DNA of 64,000 nt, from the NCBI GenBank assembly GCA_011109175.1, contig RDEW01000014.1, forward strand, positions 992,001 to 1,056,000. Reading direction: 5' to 3'. The first letter of the stretch is position 1; each line of letters begins with the position of its first letter. The translations under genes were made by a program, and so were the position numbers. The stretch comes from Dicyema japonicum. Its lineage: Eukaryota; Animalia; Dicyemida. A model generated the notes under the pieces. It saw only the letters and a program-made list of their open reading frames with translations, was not told the origin of the DNA and made no database searches. Positions 37,560-50,522 of this stretch are shown in pieces.

Positions 37560-37850
37560 TGTTATAACGATATTTTCTAGACATTAATAATATGTGCTCC
37601 TAAATACTTGATAATTCTTTAAATCTTGTAGATATAGGCGAGGTTGAAGAGACAGACGATATTAATGTCGTAAAAGTAACTAAGAAAGAATCTTATTCTG
37701 CTCTTCAAGTATTGAAAAAATATTTTAAACAGCCTGAATTGTTTGATTTAAATAAAATGGAGGGGTTGAATCAAATTTCAAAAGCACTGAAGAAAGGAAA
37801 TGAGGTTAGCAACACACAAATAAATTTTTATTTATCACTCTTTCTAATCG
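37560..37850 (+). mobile_element. pogo/Tigger transposase C-terminal relic
   Basis: EVEETDDINVVKVTKKESYSALQVLKKYF..TQINF, acidic tail typical of Tigger. Confidence 0.5.
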
Positions 37851-37899
37851 TCGGTTTTTTCAATTCCCAAAATTGGCGGTTAAGAGGAGTCTTACTGTA

Positions 37900-40090
37900 T
37901 TTTGTTTGCCGACGTCTGCTCAACTGTGGGTTAGAGGATCTTCGATAGAGTTCTTTGTAGATTGAATGCATTTTTCGGACATTCTAAAGTTTACAGACTT
38001 AAGGACCGAAACAGTCTGGTGGTCAGAATCTGAGACAGCCGCAGAAAATATAAGCTTCGCATCTCCAAATGATCGGCAACAGGGAGAATCCTTGTTTCCC
38101 AGTGTTAATGGTCGGTGGATCTTATGCATTCCGTAATGGTCCGCAGAGCAGAGTTCTGGATGACTTGAAGCTTCAGTGACATGAGAATAATGCGCAATTA
38201 GGGCAGACTTAATTTATCGTGGTCCTGAAGAACTGTTTGTAAATATTCGTCAGGAATTCTTTGGATTGGCTTTGAGAGATACCATCGACCACACGGAGGA
38301 CATTTAATTTCCTCTTCAGTGTTGTGTTAAGACATAATATGCTGTCTGAAGGAGAGATTTTGGTCAGAAGTAACTACCAGTAATTTGGAGTGATAGATGA
38401 CAGGGAGGAGACAATGGTGTAGTGACATAGTTGGTGAGCTGTCAAAATGTCTCTTGACAGACGTGAAAAGAGTGACAGATGATTTCGTAGGGGAACGGGG
38501 CATCCAGTTAGAGTCCATTCACTCATAAGATCCAGGTGATGCTGCAAATTTAGCGTGGCTTTCTGAATGTCTGTGTCCTAGGCAGCGGTGACAATGTCAT
38601 CGGCATACATAAGGACAATTGAGTTTGGAGTAGTCGGAATGAACTCTGGTGGAGGTTGAAAAGGTTCGGGGAGAAAATATAACTCCGTAGAACCCCGTTT
38701 GGAAGATGCCTGAACCGTGAACTGCACGAGTGGAAACACACTTGTCCGAGTCCGTCTAAAAGAAAATTCAAAAGCCAGCTCATCCAGATGGGTGGAATTC
38801 CAAAGGAGAGAAATTTGTTGGACAGTACTACACGTGAGGTGCGATTAAAAGCCTTGGTGAGGTCAATTGATGAAAATACCGTCCTTTTAGAGGGAGAGGA
38901 GTTATTGAAACCGTCGGCAATGTATGTAAAAGAGTTGTCAGGTGGGTGGTTGTGGAGTGGAGTAGACGGAAAACATACGATGATTGGCGAGCATGGTGTA
39001 ATTTGAAATTTCTTTAAAGACGATTCTCTCTAAAATTTTGAAAACCACAAACAGAAGAAAGATATTCTTGAACGATGAAGGATCTACTGGACTCTAGTTA
39101 ATGTCAATGAGTTGTATCATATTTATAAAATGGGAACTCCTTGACTTTCAGATTCTTTTTGCGAGGGCGGGAGGTATCATCTTGAGGTGACTAATAGAAA
39201 AGTAAAACCTCAAATCATTGCCTGACTAGGGAAGTATTTCAGTTTTGTTTCTTTTTGGCTGGGCCTTTAAGGAGATTGGATCAGTTTGTCAGGTCTTGAT
39301 GCTCTAATCGCCCACCAGAATTTTCTTGGGTTACTTTCTTAAATTCCGCCCATTTTCCTCCTTTTGCTTTGCGAAGAACGAATTGAAGGTTTTGTTCAGA
39401 TCGGACACTCTGAGTGCAACAGATCGCTATTTGCTGGATGTGGTCTCTTCAAATGTCTTTTTTTCCGGATCAAGGGAATGATTTCATGGTTGAAGTACAT
39501 TGAAGTCACATATGAAACCCTTCGGTATGAACTTATCATCGGCAGTTTAAAATCACCGTGTTGAATGTGCCCATGGCTTCTTCAAAAGAGTGAAACTTGT
39601 CAACCGCAACTCATCGAGAGACTGTTCAGTGGCAGACTTGAATTCCTCCCAACATGCTCTCTTATGGTTAATGTAAGTACGTCTGTATAAATTTCATGGT
39701 GATAAAAGGTCTATAGTCACAATAATAGGGTTATGGTCAGATAAAAGATCATAATAGACTTTCCAGGATAAGGACAAATTTAACGAACAAAGTGTGAGAT
39801 CTGTGGAGATGTTGGAATTTCCAGGATGGATCTGGTATGCTGATGTGGATTGTTCAAAACACAAGATGATCAAGATCGGAAATCAATTGTTCTCCTCTTG
39901 GCCGGGTGGCACAGTGTTCGAATCTTGCTGCGACATTCCGATTGAAGGTTCCAGGCATCTACAATGTTTTGGTTTTGATGAGTGACGACGTCATCGGTGA
40001 ATATTTCACAGCGAAACGACGATCGTCTATAAAAAAACATGTCTTGCCTGAGCGGAGCTATATCTAATATGGCTCCACGTAAAATGCAGT
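37900..40090 (-). mobile_element. Degenerate Ingi/Vingi-like LINE
   Basis: SDHNPII, SIDLTKAF, LPNGV..FSP.LFN, YADDI motifs. Confidence 0.75.
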
Positions 40091-40261
40091 TAAACTGCAG
40101 TTTTTTTTCCTCTTGAAACGAACGACTGGTCGATAAGAGTTTAAATGTCTTCCGATAAAAATACGAATACATAAAAATTTTATTTGATAAATTATATAAA
40201 ATTATCATTAAAATGATTTGAAAATAACCTAAATTAATTCTTCACAATATTGATTCACTAT

Positions 40262-43200
40262 ATGAGCAAATCTGTTATTGTAATAGGAATATGTGCTATG
40301 CACAATAAATCGTCAACTTTTTCGAATGCAGGAGATTATTCGTCGACTTTCAATTCTTCGACCACTTTAAAGTAAAGTTTAAAACTTAATTTGGGTTACT
40401 GTATTTGAAGAAAAGGTAATATTACAAAGTCCCATTGAAGACTGGCCTTTTTGCGACTGTCTTTTGGCGTACTATTCGAATGGATTTCCTTTGGAGAAGG
40501 CCATCAAATATGCGGATTTACGAAATCCTTTTGTTTTAAACGATTTGAACATGCAACGAGAAATGCAGGATAGGTTAGATATTCCAGCGATTTTAATTAG
40601 ACTCAAGATTTATAAAATTTTGAAAGAAAACGAAATCCCCTGTCCTTACCTAATTTACACAAAAAGTGGTCAAATCACAGAAACAGACGATGCCATAGAA
40701 ATTGACGGAAAAGTTTTATCTAAACCCTTTGTGGAGAAACCAATTTCTGCTGATGATCACAATATAAACATTTACCTACCCCCAGTGGCTGGTGGGGGTT
40801 GCCAAAAACTTTTCAGAAAGTATAAAATTAAAATTGAATTAGAATCGGAGATAATTCAAGCATTTACTGCGAAGATAGCAGAATCCGGAAAGAATCAGAA
40901 TATCTCTATGAAGAATTCCTGCAGACTGAAGGACTGGATATCAAAGTTCAAATTAAATTATACTGTTGGTGTACGCAATCGGACCTGGATATGCTCATGC
41001 GGAAGCTAGAAAGTCCCAATGCTGGATGGAAAAGGTAAAGCGAAACAAAGCCGGAAAGAAATCCGTTATCCAGTCATTCTGAGTTCATCCGAGAAAATTA
41101 TCGCGCAGAAGATTTGTTTGGCCTTCAAAGTAATCTCAGATTTCAAATAAATAGCAAACTGTGTGTGGGTTTGATTTACTCCGTTCTGGGGGGGAATCCT
41201 ATGTATGTGACGTGAATGGATTTTCTTTAGTAAAAAAACTCACAAAAGTACTATGACGATGCCGCTGCAGTTATTGGGTTATATTTCGGATTATTAAAGA
41301 GGGTTAATACTCAACCATTTTAACGATGTAGTCTCCTTCCAGTTTGTAACTCATCTCCCTGAGGATATCCCATTTTTACAACCACCACAGGGACTGTTAT
41401 GGAATTGAGATCCATTATTTCTATCATCAGACATGCCGACAGGACGCCAAAACAGAAGGTTAAAATGGTGGCCAGTAATTCTATGTATTTTTTTTATTAC
41501 TGATCAGATTTTTCGAGTTTTTTAATAAACATGCCGATGGAAGGAAAAATGAGATAAAATTGAAAAAAGCCTAATCAACTGCAGGAAACTGCTCGATATT
41601 GTCAGGCTTTTGCTTCTAAATTATAATTCTGATGAAATTGCTGAACCTCAACATAAACTCGAACATCTAAAAAACGTGCTTGAAATGTATGGCTTTTTCT
41701 CTGGGTTCAACAGAAAAGTACAAATGAAAAGTGAACTTATCTTAATTTTAGAAAGAAATAATATCATATTTTTAGTTATGAAATGGGGAGGAGAACTCAC
41801 AAGCACTGGTCGTAAACAAGCAGAGTCTCTTGGTCGTTCTTATCGACTCCTTTACCCGTCAGGACGTATATTTACCGGTTTCATTATATTATAGACCAAA
41901 CTGATACTTTGGGTTTCGGTTTTCTACGTCTTCACAGCACATATCGACACGATCTCAAAATTTATGCTTCGATGAAGGTAGAGTTCAACTTACTGCTGCC
42001 GCCTTTACAAAAGTAGAAATTTCATGATATCAAGGGGTTACTCGATCTGGAAGGGAAACTGGCGCCAATATTTGTACAGATGGTGAAATCTACCCCTTTG
42101 GATTATAGACAGCGATTCTTCCCTCATATCAGACGCCTGAAAAGTATTCTAGTTCTAAATCATATAAGCATACGAGATATGAATGGATCAATTCATCAAT
42201 TTGGACAAGACATTGACTAAAGAAGACTACGAGAAAGTACATTGCTTGATATTCACCTTAGTACTCTCCCACAGGTTCGTCTGCCATAATAGAAGCAATG
42301 AACCTCGTGGTAAACCCCAAGAAACTTTGTTATAGAGTTTTCGAACTTATTGGATTAGTGGTAGCACGTTTGAATAACTGTTGCTATTCGAACCAGGGTT
42401 TGTGATATTTAGTAAACCTAGTTCTATTCGACGGGGAAGGAATAGAGTATGTAATGAGGAGGTGGTCTAAGCTACACAAAGATTTTTATAATGCGGAAAG
42501 TGACAGCTTTGTCAGTTCAAAAATTCCTGATATCTACGACTGCATCCAATTTGACCTCCAACACAATCAAAATATATTTAAATCTGATTTTTCAAATGAA
42601 CTATACATATCATCTGAGGCGCTCACGACGATTGTTACCCCACAGGCACCTAATTAATTTATAACATAGGAATTTGGAATTTCAAAAAACGAAAAACTTG
42701 AGATAGGACGTATTCTATCGGCCGATCTACTTAAGAAGCTAAAGACGGACATTGAAACTTCCCATCAGACGTATGATGGATACACACGTTTGGACGTTTA
42801 GGTCTTGCTCATCTTGTATGTTAGATATACTAACAATATTGCATCTCCTCACAGATTTGTTCGTTCACGTTATTACTTCACAACGGAAAGAATTATTCAA
42901 AGTTTCCTTAATTGCATAAAATATGACCCCATATTACCGGTTAGCGATAAAATATGGAAATCTGCTGTTTCCTATCTTGAGACCATCTCAATATTTTGGA
43001 TATCTCTCACAACTGACAATTATGATGTACGAAGACAGCACCAAACCATTGGATGATGCTGAGAAGATTCCATGTTGAAATACACGTTTCTCCTGGAATT
43101 AGCCAATTGGAATATAGTGATTCTCAAAATGAATCAATTGCCATAATTCCTATTCAGTCAGAAAGTGATATTTCCTACAATAAATCAAGTTTATGGTCGT

Positions 43201-43375
43201 TTAAACTATAGTTACTGATTCTGTGATACCCCCCATATTTCCCTTATTTAGTGGAGTCAGGTCATTGAGGACTCTCCACAACAGACTTACTTACCAAACA
43301 TTTGACGAGTTCTTAAAGAGAAATTGTCACGAAAAAGTCGTGATAAATGCTAAACTAATGTTAATAATATTTTAA
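40262..43375 (+). CDS. PPIP5K: PPIP5K/VIP1 inositol pyrophosphate kinase-phosphatase; ~14 tiny introns and ~10 single-base indels; 3' end approximate
   Basis: [118 protein letters not shown]. Confidence 0.9.
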
Positions 43376-43759
43376 TCCTCACTTGAACTATTTGATAGTT
43401 TTTTGAAATTAGGGTAATACAAGTGACTACAAAATACAACTTTATTACCAATCATTTGATTTAGTTAATATAACTGTTAATTTTTGCATTAAACTGTTTT
43501 TATTAAAAAAATTTTAAAAATTAATATGTCGCGAGCGCTGAGCTTGATGACAGGTAATTGACAGGTGCCAATATCTGTCATGTTAATTGAAAATTAATCA
43601 ATTTGCTTAATAATAACGAATAAATTAACTAATTAATTAATTAAGCGTATTTTGATCCAGATTGTTGGTAATCCCTCTTCTTCTCTTAGAAGAAGAGTGT
43701 GCCATAACCTCCCTGTTACTCCGCATCTCCACATCAGATTCAGTCAAAATATCTAAGGA

Positions 43760-46098
43760 AAGCCAGGAAGATCCCAATCAGGATCCCAAGACCCGTCCGG
43801 ATCCCCGCGGCTACATGTCTGGCCTCTGCAATTGACAATGCTCTCACGTCCGACGACCTGGAGGCCTGGCTAAAACTCCTCAGTTTTGCTCCGATGGCCC
43901 TTGGAATTCCATTTATCGACTCAAAGGGAGATCAACGGAATACAGAGGAAAGCACGACACTTGGAAACTCCCTTTCCTCAAAAATGAAGAAGAACATCCA
44001 GGTTTTCTATGTGCATTCTCTCACCAAGACGGAAGTCAAGAAATCAAGACATTCTGATTCCAATCCTCTGTTTATTTGAATGGCCCGGAAAAACTTAAAG
44101 AGAGAGTGAACCGCAAACTATTCGAAGGCGACGTCCGAGCGGCGTTGCGCGTCGTCGCCAGCGACGAAACTGTTATGGCTGCGACACCTGAGGTGCTAGA
44201 ACTACTCAGACATAAACATCCATGTGCTCCGGAAGATTACCGCCCATTCGTGCTTCCGGGAAATTTGTCAAGGATGACCGTCACCGAAGGCGAAGTGCGA
44301 CGCGGCATTTCGTCCTTTGCGGCGAGTAGCAGTGGAGGCATCGATGGCTTGCGGCCGGGTCACATCAAAGATCTTACGGCGGAGGCTACTGCAGAAGCTG
44401 GCTGCAACCTTGTCAAATCAATTACAAAACTGGTTATGCGTATTTTGAACGGAGATATTCCTCCCCACGCAAGGGAGCTCCTTTTCAGTGCACATTTATT
44501 GGCCTTCAAAAAACCTGAAGGTGGGGTCCGCCCCATCGCAGTCGGCAACTATTTCAGAAGATTGACAGCGAAAATTGCATGCAGCATTGTCTCTCCGAGA
44601 ATATCTGAAGAATTTTCCCCCTCCAACTGGGGTTGGTGTAAGGAACGGATGCGAGGCGGCAGTGCATGCTGCGAGGTGTTTTTTTGGACAGAAAGACGAA
44701 CAAAACCCACACATTGGGGTCAAGCTGGACATCTGCAATGCCTTCAATTCATTGAGGAGGGATCAAATTTTCGAAACTACAAGCAAACGAGCCCCGGAAC
44801 TTATTCCACTTGTCTTCCTCGCTTACGAAACAATTCTTCACTGGTTTTAGGGGACAAGATTATCTGTTCGGAGACCGGAGTTCAACAAGGGACCCACTTG
44901 GTCCACTACTCTTCGCTCTGGCCATCGATGAAATTGTCCGCTCTATAAACACACAACTTAACCTTTGGTATCTCGATGACGCCACAATTGGAGGGCCGTG
45001 GAGAAAAGTACACGACGTTCTGTCACATGCCGTGCCGGCACTACGAAACCTCGGACTTGAGATAAACATAAAGAAATCGGAGCTAATAAATATCACATAC
45101 TCGGAGAGTGATTTCATCAACGTGGTCGAGTCTTTCAACTCGGTACTACCTGGAATTACTGTCGTACCCAGGGAGCGGACATACTTTCTTGGGTGCCCAC
45201 TTGACGAAAAGGAACTGCGGAGCCATCTACAAACAAAAGAGGATGAACTCTCCAGAGTCACGGAGAAACTCTCCTTACTCGATGGTCATACAGCGTTCTT
45301 CCTTTTGAAGAATAGCATCGGCTTGCCCAAACTCCTATATGCTCTCCGATGTTCTCCCTGCTTCAAACATCGTGACATCCTCCTGTCACTGGATAGGACA
45401 TTGAGAAAATCAGCTGAATTGCTTCTAAACATCCACTTTGATGCGCCGAGTTGGAACCAATGCAAGCTTCCTACACGCCTCGGAGGAACGGGTCTCAGGT
45501 CGGCGCTGGAGATCGCCTATCCAGCATATGTGTCATCGCTCTCAAGTGGAAGCCTTTTGGTCCAAGAAATCCTACGTATTACAACCGGACTCTCTTGGGA
45601 AAAAGTCTTCGACGAAGCTCGTTGCGAATGGTGTGAAACTGGTTTGGATATGCCGAACGATCCTTCGAGGCAACGTGACTGGGATGATATTTACTCCAAG
45701 AATATCTTCGACGTGCTAAAGTCTGAGGCCAACCAGCATCGTCTTGCATGCCTCGTGTCCGCCGCCAACCATGGGAGCGGAGCGTGGCTGGATGCACTCC
45801 CGTCTTCCTCCCTGGGGACCCTATTGGACGATGACTGTATTCGGATTGGAATCGCACAACGCCTGGGAGCTGATGTTTGCGTCGAACACCAATGTCGCTG
45901 TGGAGGGATCGTCGATGCCAAAGGGCTGCACCCGCTCTCGTGCAAAAGGAGTGCGGGCAGAGCACCCCGCCATGCTGCTATGAACAACATTGTCTTGCGA
46001 GCTCTTGAAGCGGCAGGCTTCCCGGCAGTATTGGAACCTGTGGGATTGGACCGCGGAGATGGGAAAAGACCGGATGGGTTAACTATCTTTCCGTTCAC
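43760..46098 (+). mobile_element. Best-preserved CRE-like RT-RLE retrotransposon, truncated by an R4-like element
   Basis: GGVRPIAVG..RRL.AK, KLDICNAFN, GVQQGDPLGPLLF, WYLDD, CRCG..HPLSC..RH, RGDGKRPDG; only ~2 frameshifts in the RT region. Confidence 0.92.
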
Positions 46099-47700
46099 AA
46101 AATATCTCCGTTTGAGTCCAGTGAGCTGTCTTCACGGCATGCCAGTTCCACAAGTTGGGAGGTAGCAGAGGCGTACTCTTCATCGTATACCTTCATCCCA
46201 TGCTTATGTTCAATGAGCATACTTTCGAGCGTTCTCTTCAGTACAACCGATTGGATGTAAGTCCTCGTTGATTCTTCAATAGATAATTTATCCATATGAT
46301 TCTTGAAGCATCTTGAAAACAACTCCATCCCATGTCAAAACCATTGGAATAATCTTCACTTGGCATTCATAGAGCAGCCGAAAGTTCATTTGCTAGCAAG
46401 TCATATTTGTGAAGTTTCTCAACTTCAACTTGCTTTAGTCGGTCTTGTGAGGTAATCCCCACTTCAATTAACGTTACTTCCTTCTTTATTTTGTCATACA
46501 CGAAAATATCAGGTTTATTGTATTGGACTTTTGTTTCTGTCAAAATCGACGATTTTATTTGTTCCGCTAGGTATTCATTTTGTAATCCTTGTATAATTTT
46601 CTTTTTGTTTCTGTCACACTGTCATATGGCACGTTCATCTCTTTTCTTTTAGACCATACTTTTTCCCAAAACGACATACAATCCTCATCATCGAAACCAT
46701 ATAACGTTACTTCATTGCTTGCTGATAGGTCCGATAAAATCTTCTTCGATTTAATTCAAAACAACAGTTGTCCTTGCGAAAGTCCTTCCTCGAATGATGT
46801 ACAGCTATTTGCTTCTTCTTCTTAATTCTTACAAGGTCACATAGTAGAGCCTCAATCCTGGCAACCTCCCCTTTTTTGGCCCTTTTGTATCCATAGGCAC
46901 AAAGAACATCCATAACCTTTTGTTTTTCATACACAGGGAGAGCTTGTCTGGAAAAGCGATTGACAAGTTCTAGTTCTGCCATCAGCTTTGAGATTTTCTT
47001 TTCAGTGTTCTCCAACCACGTACTTTGCGGTTTAACCTTCGCAATTAAAGTCATATAAGCACACTGTGCAGCATATAGAATATCAGTAATTTGATTGATA
47101 TCTTGAGGCGGATTATTTTTCGTAATATAATATATTGCAGAATTTAGTCCCGACAAAACATTAACTCTGACATACTTTCTCTGAATTTTGGATGTTGGTT
47201 TTCGAGTATCCCTCGGAATTGACTTAATTTTCTCAATTTGTACTTTTAGTTCCTCAAGGCAATTTCTGAAGGTGGAAATTTCCACATTAGTATTATTTTG
47301 CACTTTGAAACATTCGCCTCCTTTTACATTGTTATTCCGATTTTCAGGTTTCAGCATCTTTTTTAGTTGACATAGACTGGAACTCTTGGAGTACTTTTCA
47401 TTGAACTTTTTGAGTACGAGGTTCCAGCCACCTCTAGGTATCCTTCCAAATCTTTGTTTCGTGGCAAGAAAAATCTGAGATACCCACTCAGCTTCAGAGA
47501 CACAGTGGACCTCTTCAATAATGGCAGATAATGAATGCAAGTTGGTATTGGCACCAATATTCCCAGCGATGTTTATATTAGTTTCTTGTGATATTATCCA
47601 GCCCCACAGACGACGGTCCTGCTTCTACTAAACTATCTTCTTTATTTGATTTTGCAGGAAGGCCCATAGGATTCGATTTCTCGGTATGATTAGAAACGGA
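46098..47700 (-). mobile_element. R4/Dong-like RLE retrotransposon with RT internally deleted
   Basis: N-terminal ORF ending FELNRRRFYR; RLE NKPDIFVYDK..LIEVGIT..KYDLLANEL..TWDG..YIQSVVLKRTLES. Confidence 0.8.
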
Positions 47701-48359
47701 TATGTCAACCACAACAACTATAAATTTTTTTTTGAAAATTAATCAATACTTAAGTTTATTATTAAGTATTTTATAAAAGATTTACACCAATTTTTACTGG
47801 CATACATAATTTTTGACAATAAAATCAAAAACTAACCCACATCAAGTTGTCCTGATGCCTAATAAAGTTACCATAAAAACTACTGAAGAGTACAACATTA
47901 TAAAATGCATGTTGGAGGGACAGACCTGAATGTATCAGCAACTCGAAAGTATAGAAAAGTTTTTATTTAATTTTAATTAAAATTTTAGGAGGAATAAGCA
48001 GGAATTTAATATTATTGTCGTCTGCTCCCATGTTCCGGAATTCGCTCCTTAACAGGTATGTGGTCGTATGTACGCACGTTCCGGAATTTGCTTCCATATC
48101 TTCCGTATACCTAATATGAAGTGTGGTAAAATAATATTTATTACATGTTATTTCTAGGCGAGTTGTCTCTGACCGATTCCAAAAAGCATCGTGGTATTCC
48201 TCGAATCAACACTGTTGTGGAAGAATGTTCACCATAATCCTGAAAGTTTTAATATAGAAGAATTGGAATCCAAAGAGTATCTTAGTATTCCTGGATTCCA
48301 TACAGTTGTGGAATCAGATGTTCAATATAATCACAACTATTGATCCTTGTCGACATAAT

Positions 48360-48700
48360 TAAGATTGCTTCTTATGATGGGAAGGGAGATCAATTGTAGA
48401 GCCACTCGGTTTCACGGACATCATGGTTTCTGACTGTAACCAGACATCCCAGTCTCTTGAGAAAAAACAGTGACTTCATAATTATACTTCCAATTGTCTC
48501 GACAATAGCGTGGAACGTGAATCGGTCCAGGATCCATTTGTATTTCTTCCCTTTAGACTTTTCAGTCTTTATGGAACGCATCATGATTTTATTCAACTCC
48601 CGACGATTCAGACAATTTTAGAGTCACCCAACTATCTGTTTTAGTAGAGTTTCTGACTACTATCCAAGTAATGAAGTTGGCATTTTCTCTGGATAAAATG
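48360..48700 (-). mobile_element. Decayed LINE 3' fragment
   Basis: Weak similarity in style to other LINE tails. Confidence 0.35.
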
Positions 48701-49879
48701 AGCATTTTAGTAAAAAATAAGGTTCAGTCTTGGACAAAAAAATATTCGATAATTTTTGAACTCAGATTTTACGATGCTGATCGATCAATTTTAGAATTGA
48801 AAAATAAATGGCTCGGGAACTGGGATTACCTAACTGTCTGACGTTTTTTTCTGCCTTTCTTTATCGGTGATCCTGGGGTTCTTAAAAAATAAATTAAAAA
48901 AATGGTGGAATCTATTCTGAGATAAAATTCGAACGAATAAAAAATTATTATGAAAAACAACATACATAAAATCACACTATCTACCATCCTATATGTGTAC
49001 TTCTTACAAATGATACTCCAGTTCTTTAATTTTTGTCTGAACGAGATTCGAAACCAAATTCTACGTGGATCCAACATTTGTTATGAACTTCGGTTTTCCA
49101 ATGTCCTCTAACTTCCTCACCTCGTTAATGCTCATGAGAAGAAGGAAGACAAGGATTTTTATCCATCATACAGCTAAGTAGAAATTATGTCCAATGGGGG
49201 TTCGCCCCCATCTTAACCTTTCGATCAATTGAACACCTGGTTAACTGGTCTGACATGTTTTTTTAATAACCACGAATATACCTGGAAAAGATTTTATTCA
49301 GCTTCCACAGTCGATTAAGATGTGTCCTTTCCAAGCGACATGTTTATCCATTCCGGGAACCCCCTCGTTGTAGTAGGGAAGAGACAATCTAAATATCTAC
49401 CTAAAAATATGAACGTGGTATTAGAAACACAATTTACAAATTGTGTCAATCAAAAAAAGAATAAAACGTCAATAAAAATTAAAGGGCTCCATTATGGCTT
49501 ACAAGCACTAACCACGCAATGGGAGTTACCCTGCAAGACGAAAAAGTAGTGAACCTAGTGACAAATAAGTTCCACATTATTAGAAACTAGACAAATTATG
49601 ACTAACAACATCCTCCCAAGTTACCTCATGGAGAAAAGCTAATCAAGATATCATATCTTAACAATCCGTATTGAAAAGGGTATGACATCATGCTCTTCAT
49701 CTTTAAAAAAGGTGCCTGAGTTCTTCCATTTGATCTCTGTTGATATCGTGAGAGGCAACCCCACGTCAATTATGTCGACTGGGATCAACAGTTAGAACTT
49801 AAACGTTGCTTTAAATAAAATTTAAATCCAAAAATTAATAAATTGAAAATATGAAAGTAACAAAAACAAAAAATGAAAT

Positions 49880-50393
49880 TTACTGATTTCCGCGGTTCTG
49901 AAAAAAATAAAAATTAAGAAAACAATTTTATTTTCATAAGCTGAAGGAGCCCCTGCAGCCGCGTCCTTTTCAACATCTTTGAAATCATTGGACTCTCTTA
50001 ACCTGTTCTATAAGCCGATCGGTCCTCATCCGACTTTAAGGTGATAGTCTGTCCAATCTTTTGAGCCTTTGCTGCGTCTCGCTTGGCTTGCGTCATTAAA
50101 GTGGCTGGCATCACATCTGCTGGCAGGTGCAAGAAGTTTCTGAGATATTGTATTCCGTCGTTTGTGAGTACATAGTAATAATGCTGCCAGTTGTGCTTTC
50201 TCGTTACAAATTTCCGAGATTGTAGTGACTGATTGGTAAAATGCGAGCAAAATACCTGCATCTTTTTGAGTACTTGAATGTTAGGAATTTTCAGCAATTC
50301 ATTCGTTATCCTGGCGTTTACTGAAACTGCAATAACACCATTATTAAAGAGATATTCATAAATAACTCTCTCGTTGCATTTTGGCATAAGCAT
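49880..50393 (-). CDS. RPS10: 40S ribosomal protein S10 (eS10), 3 introns (27, 26, 25 nt)
   Basis: MLMPK..IYEYLF..IPNIQVLKKMQ|SLQSRKFV..WQHYYYVLTNDGIQYLRNFLHLP..PATL; first intron 50229-50255; TAA at 49880-49882. Confidence 0.95.
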
Positions 50394-50522
50394 TTTCAAA
50401 CAAGAACACCACAGAATATAACACGTTAATTGAATATTCTAATTAATTTTTGATTAAATAATTTAAAAAATTATAAATATTAATTATCGAAAGTTTACGT
50501 TTCTGATAATTTAATCTTATTA

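Noticed and set aside
40262-43375. Programmed ribosomal frameshifting or RNA editing in PPIP5K
   Set aside because: Shifts are both +1 and -1 with no shared motif and fall mainly in homopolymers; sequence error is simpler.
44360-46098. Many overlapping ORFs on both strands
   Set aside because: Shadows of the relatively GC-rich CRE ORF; no recognisable motifs.
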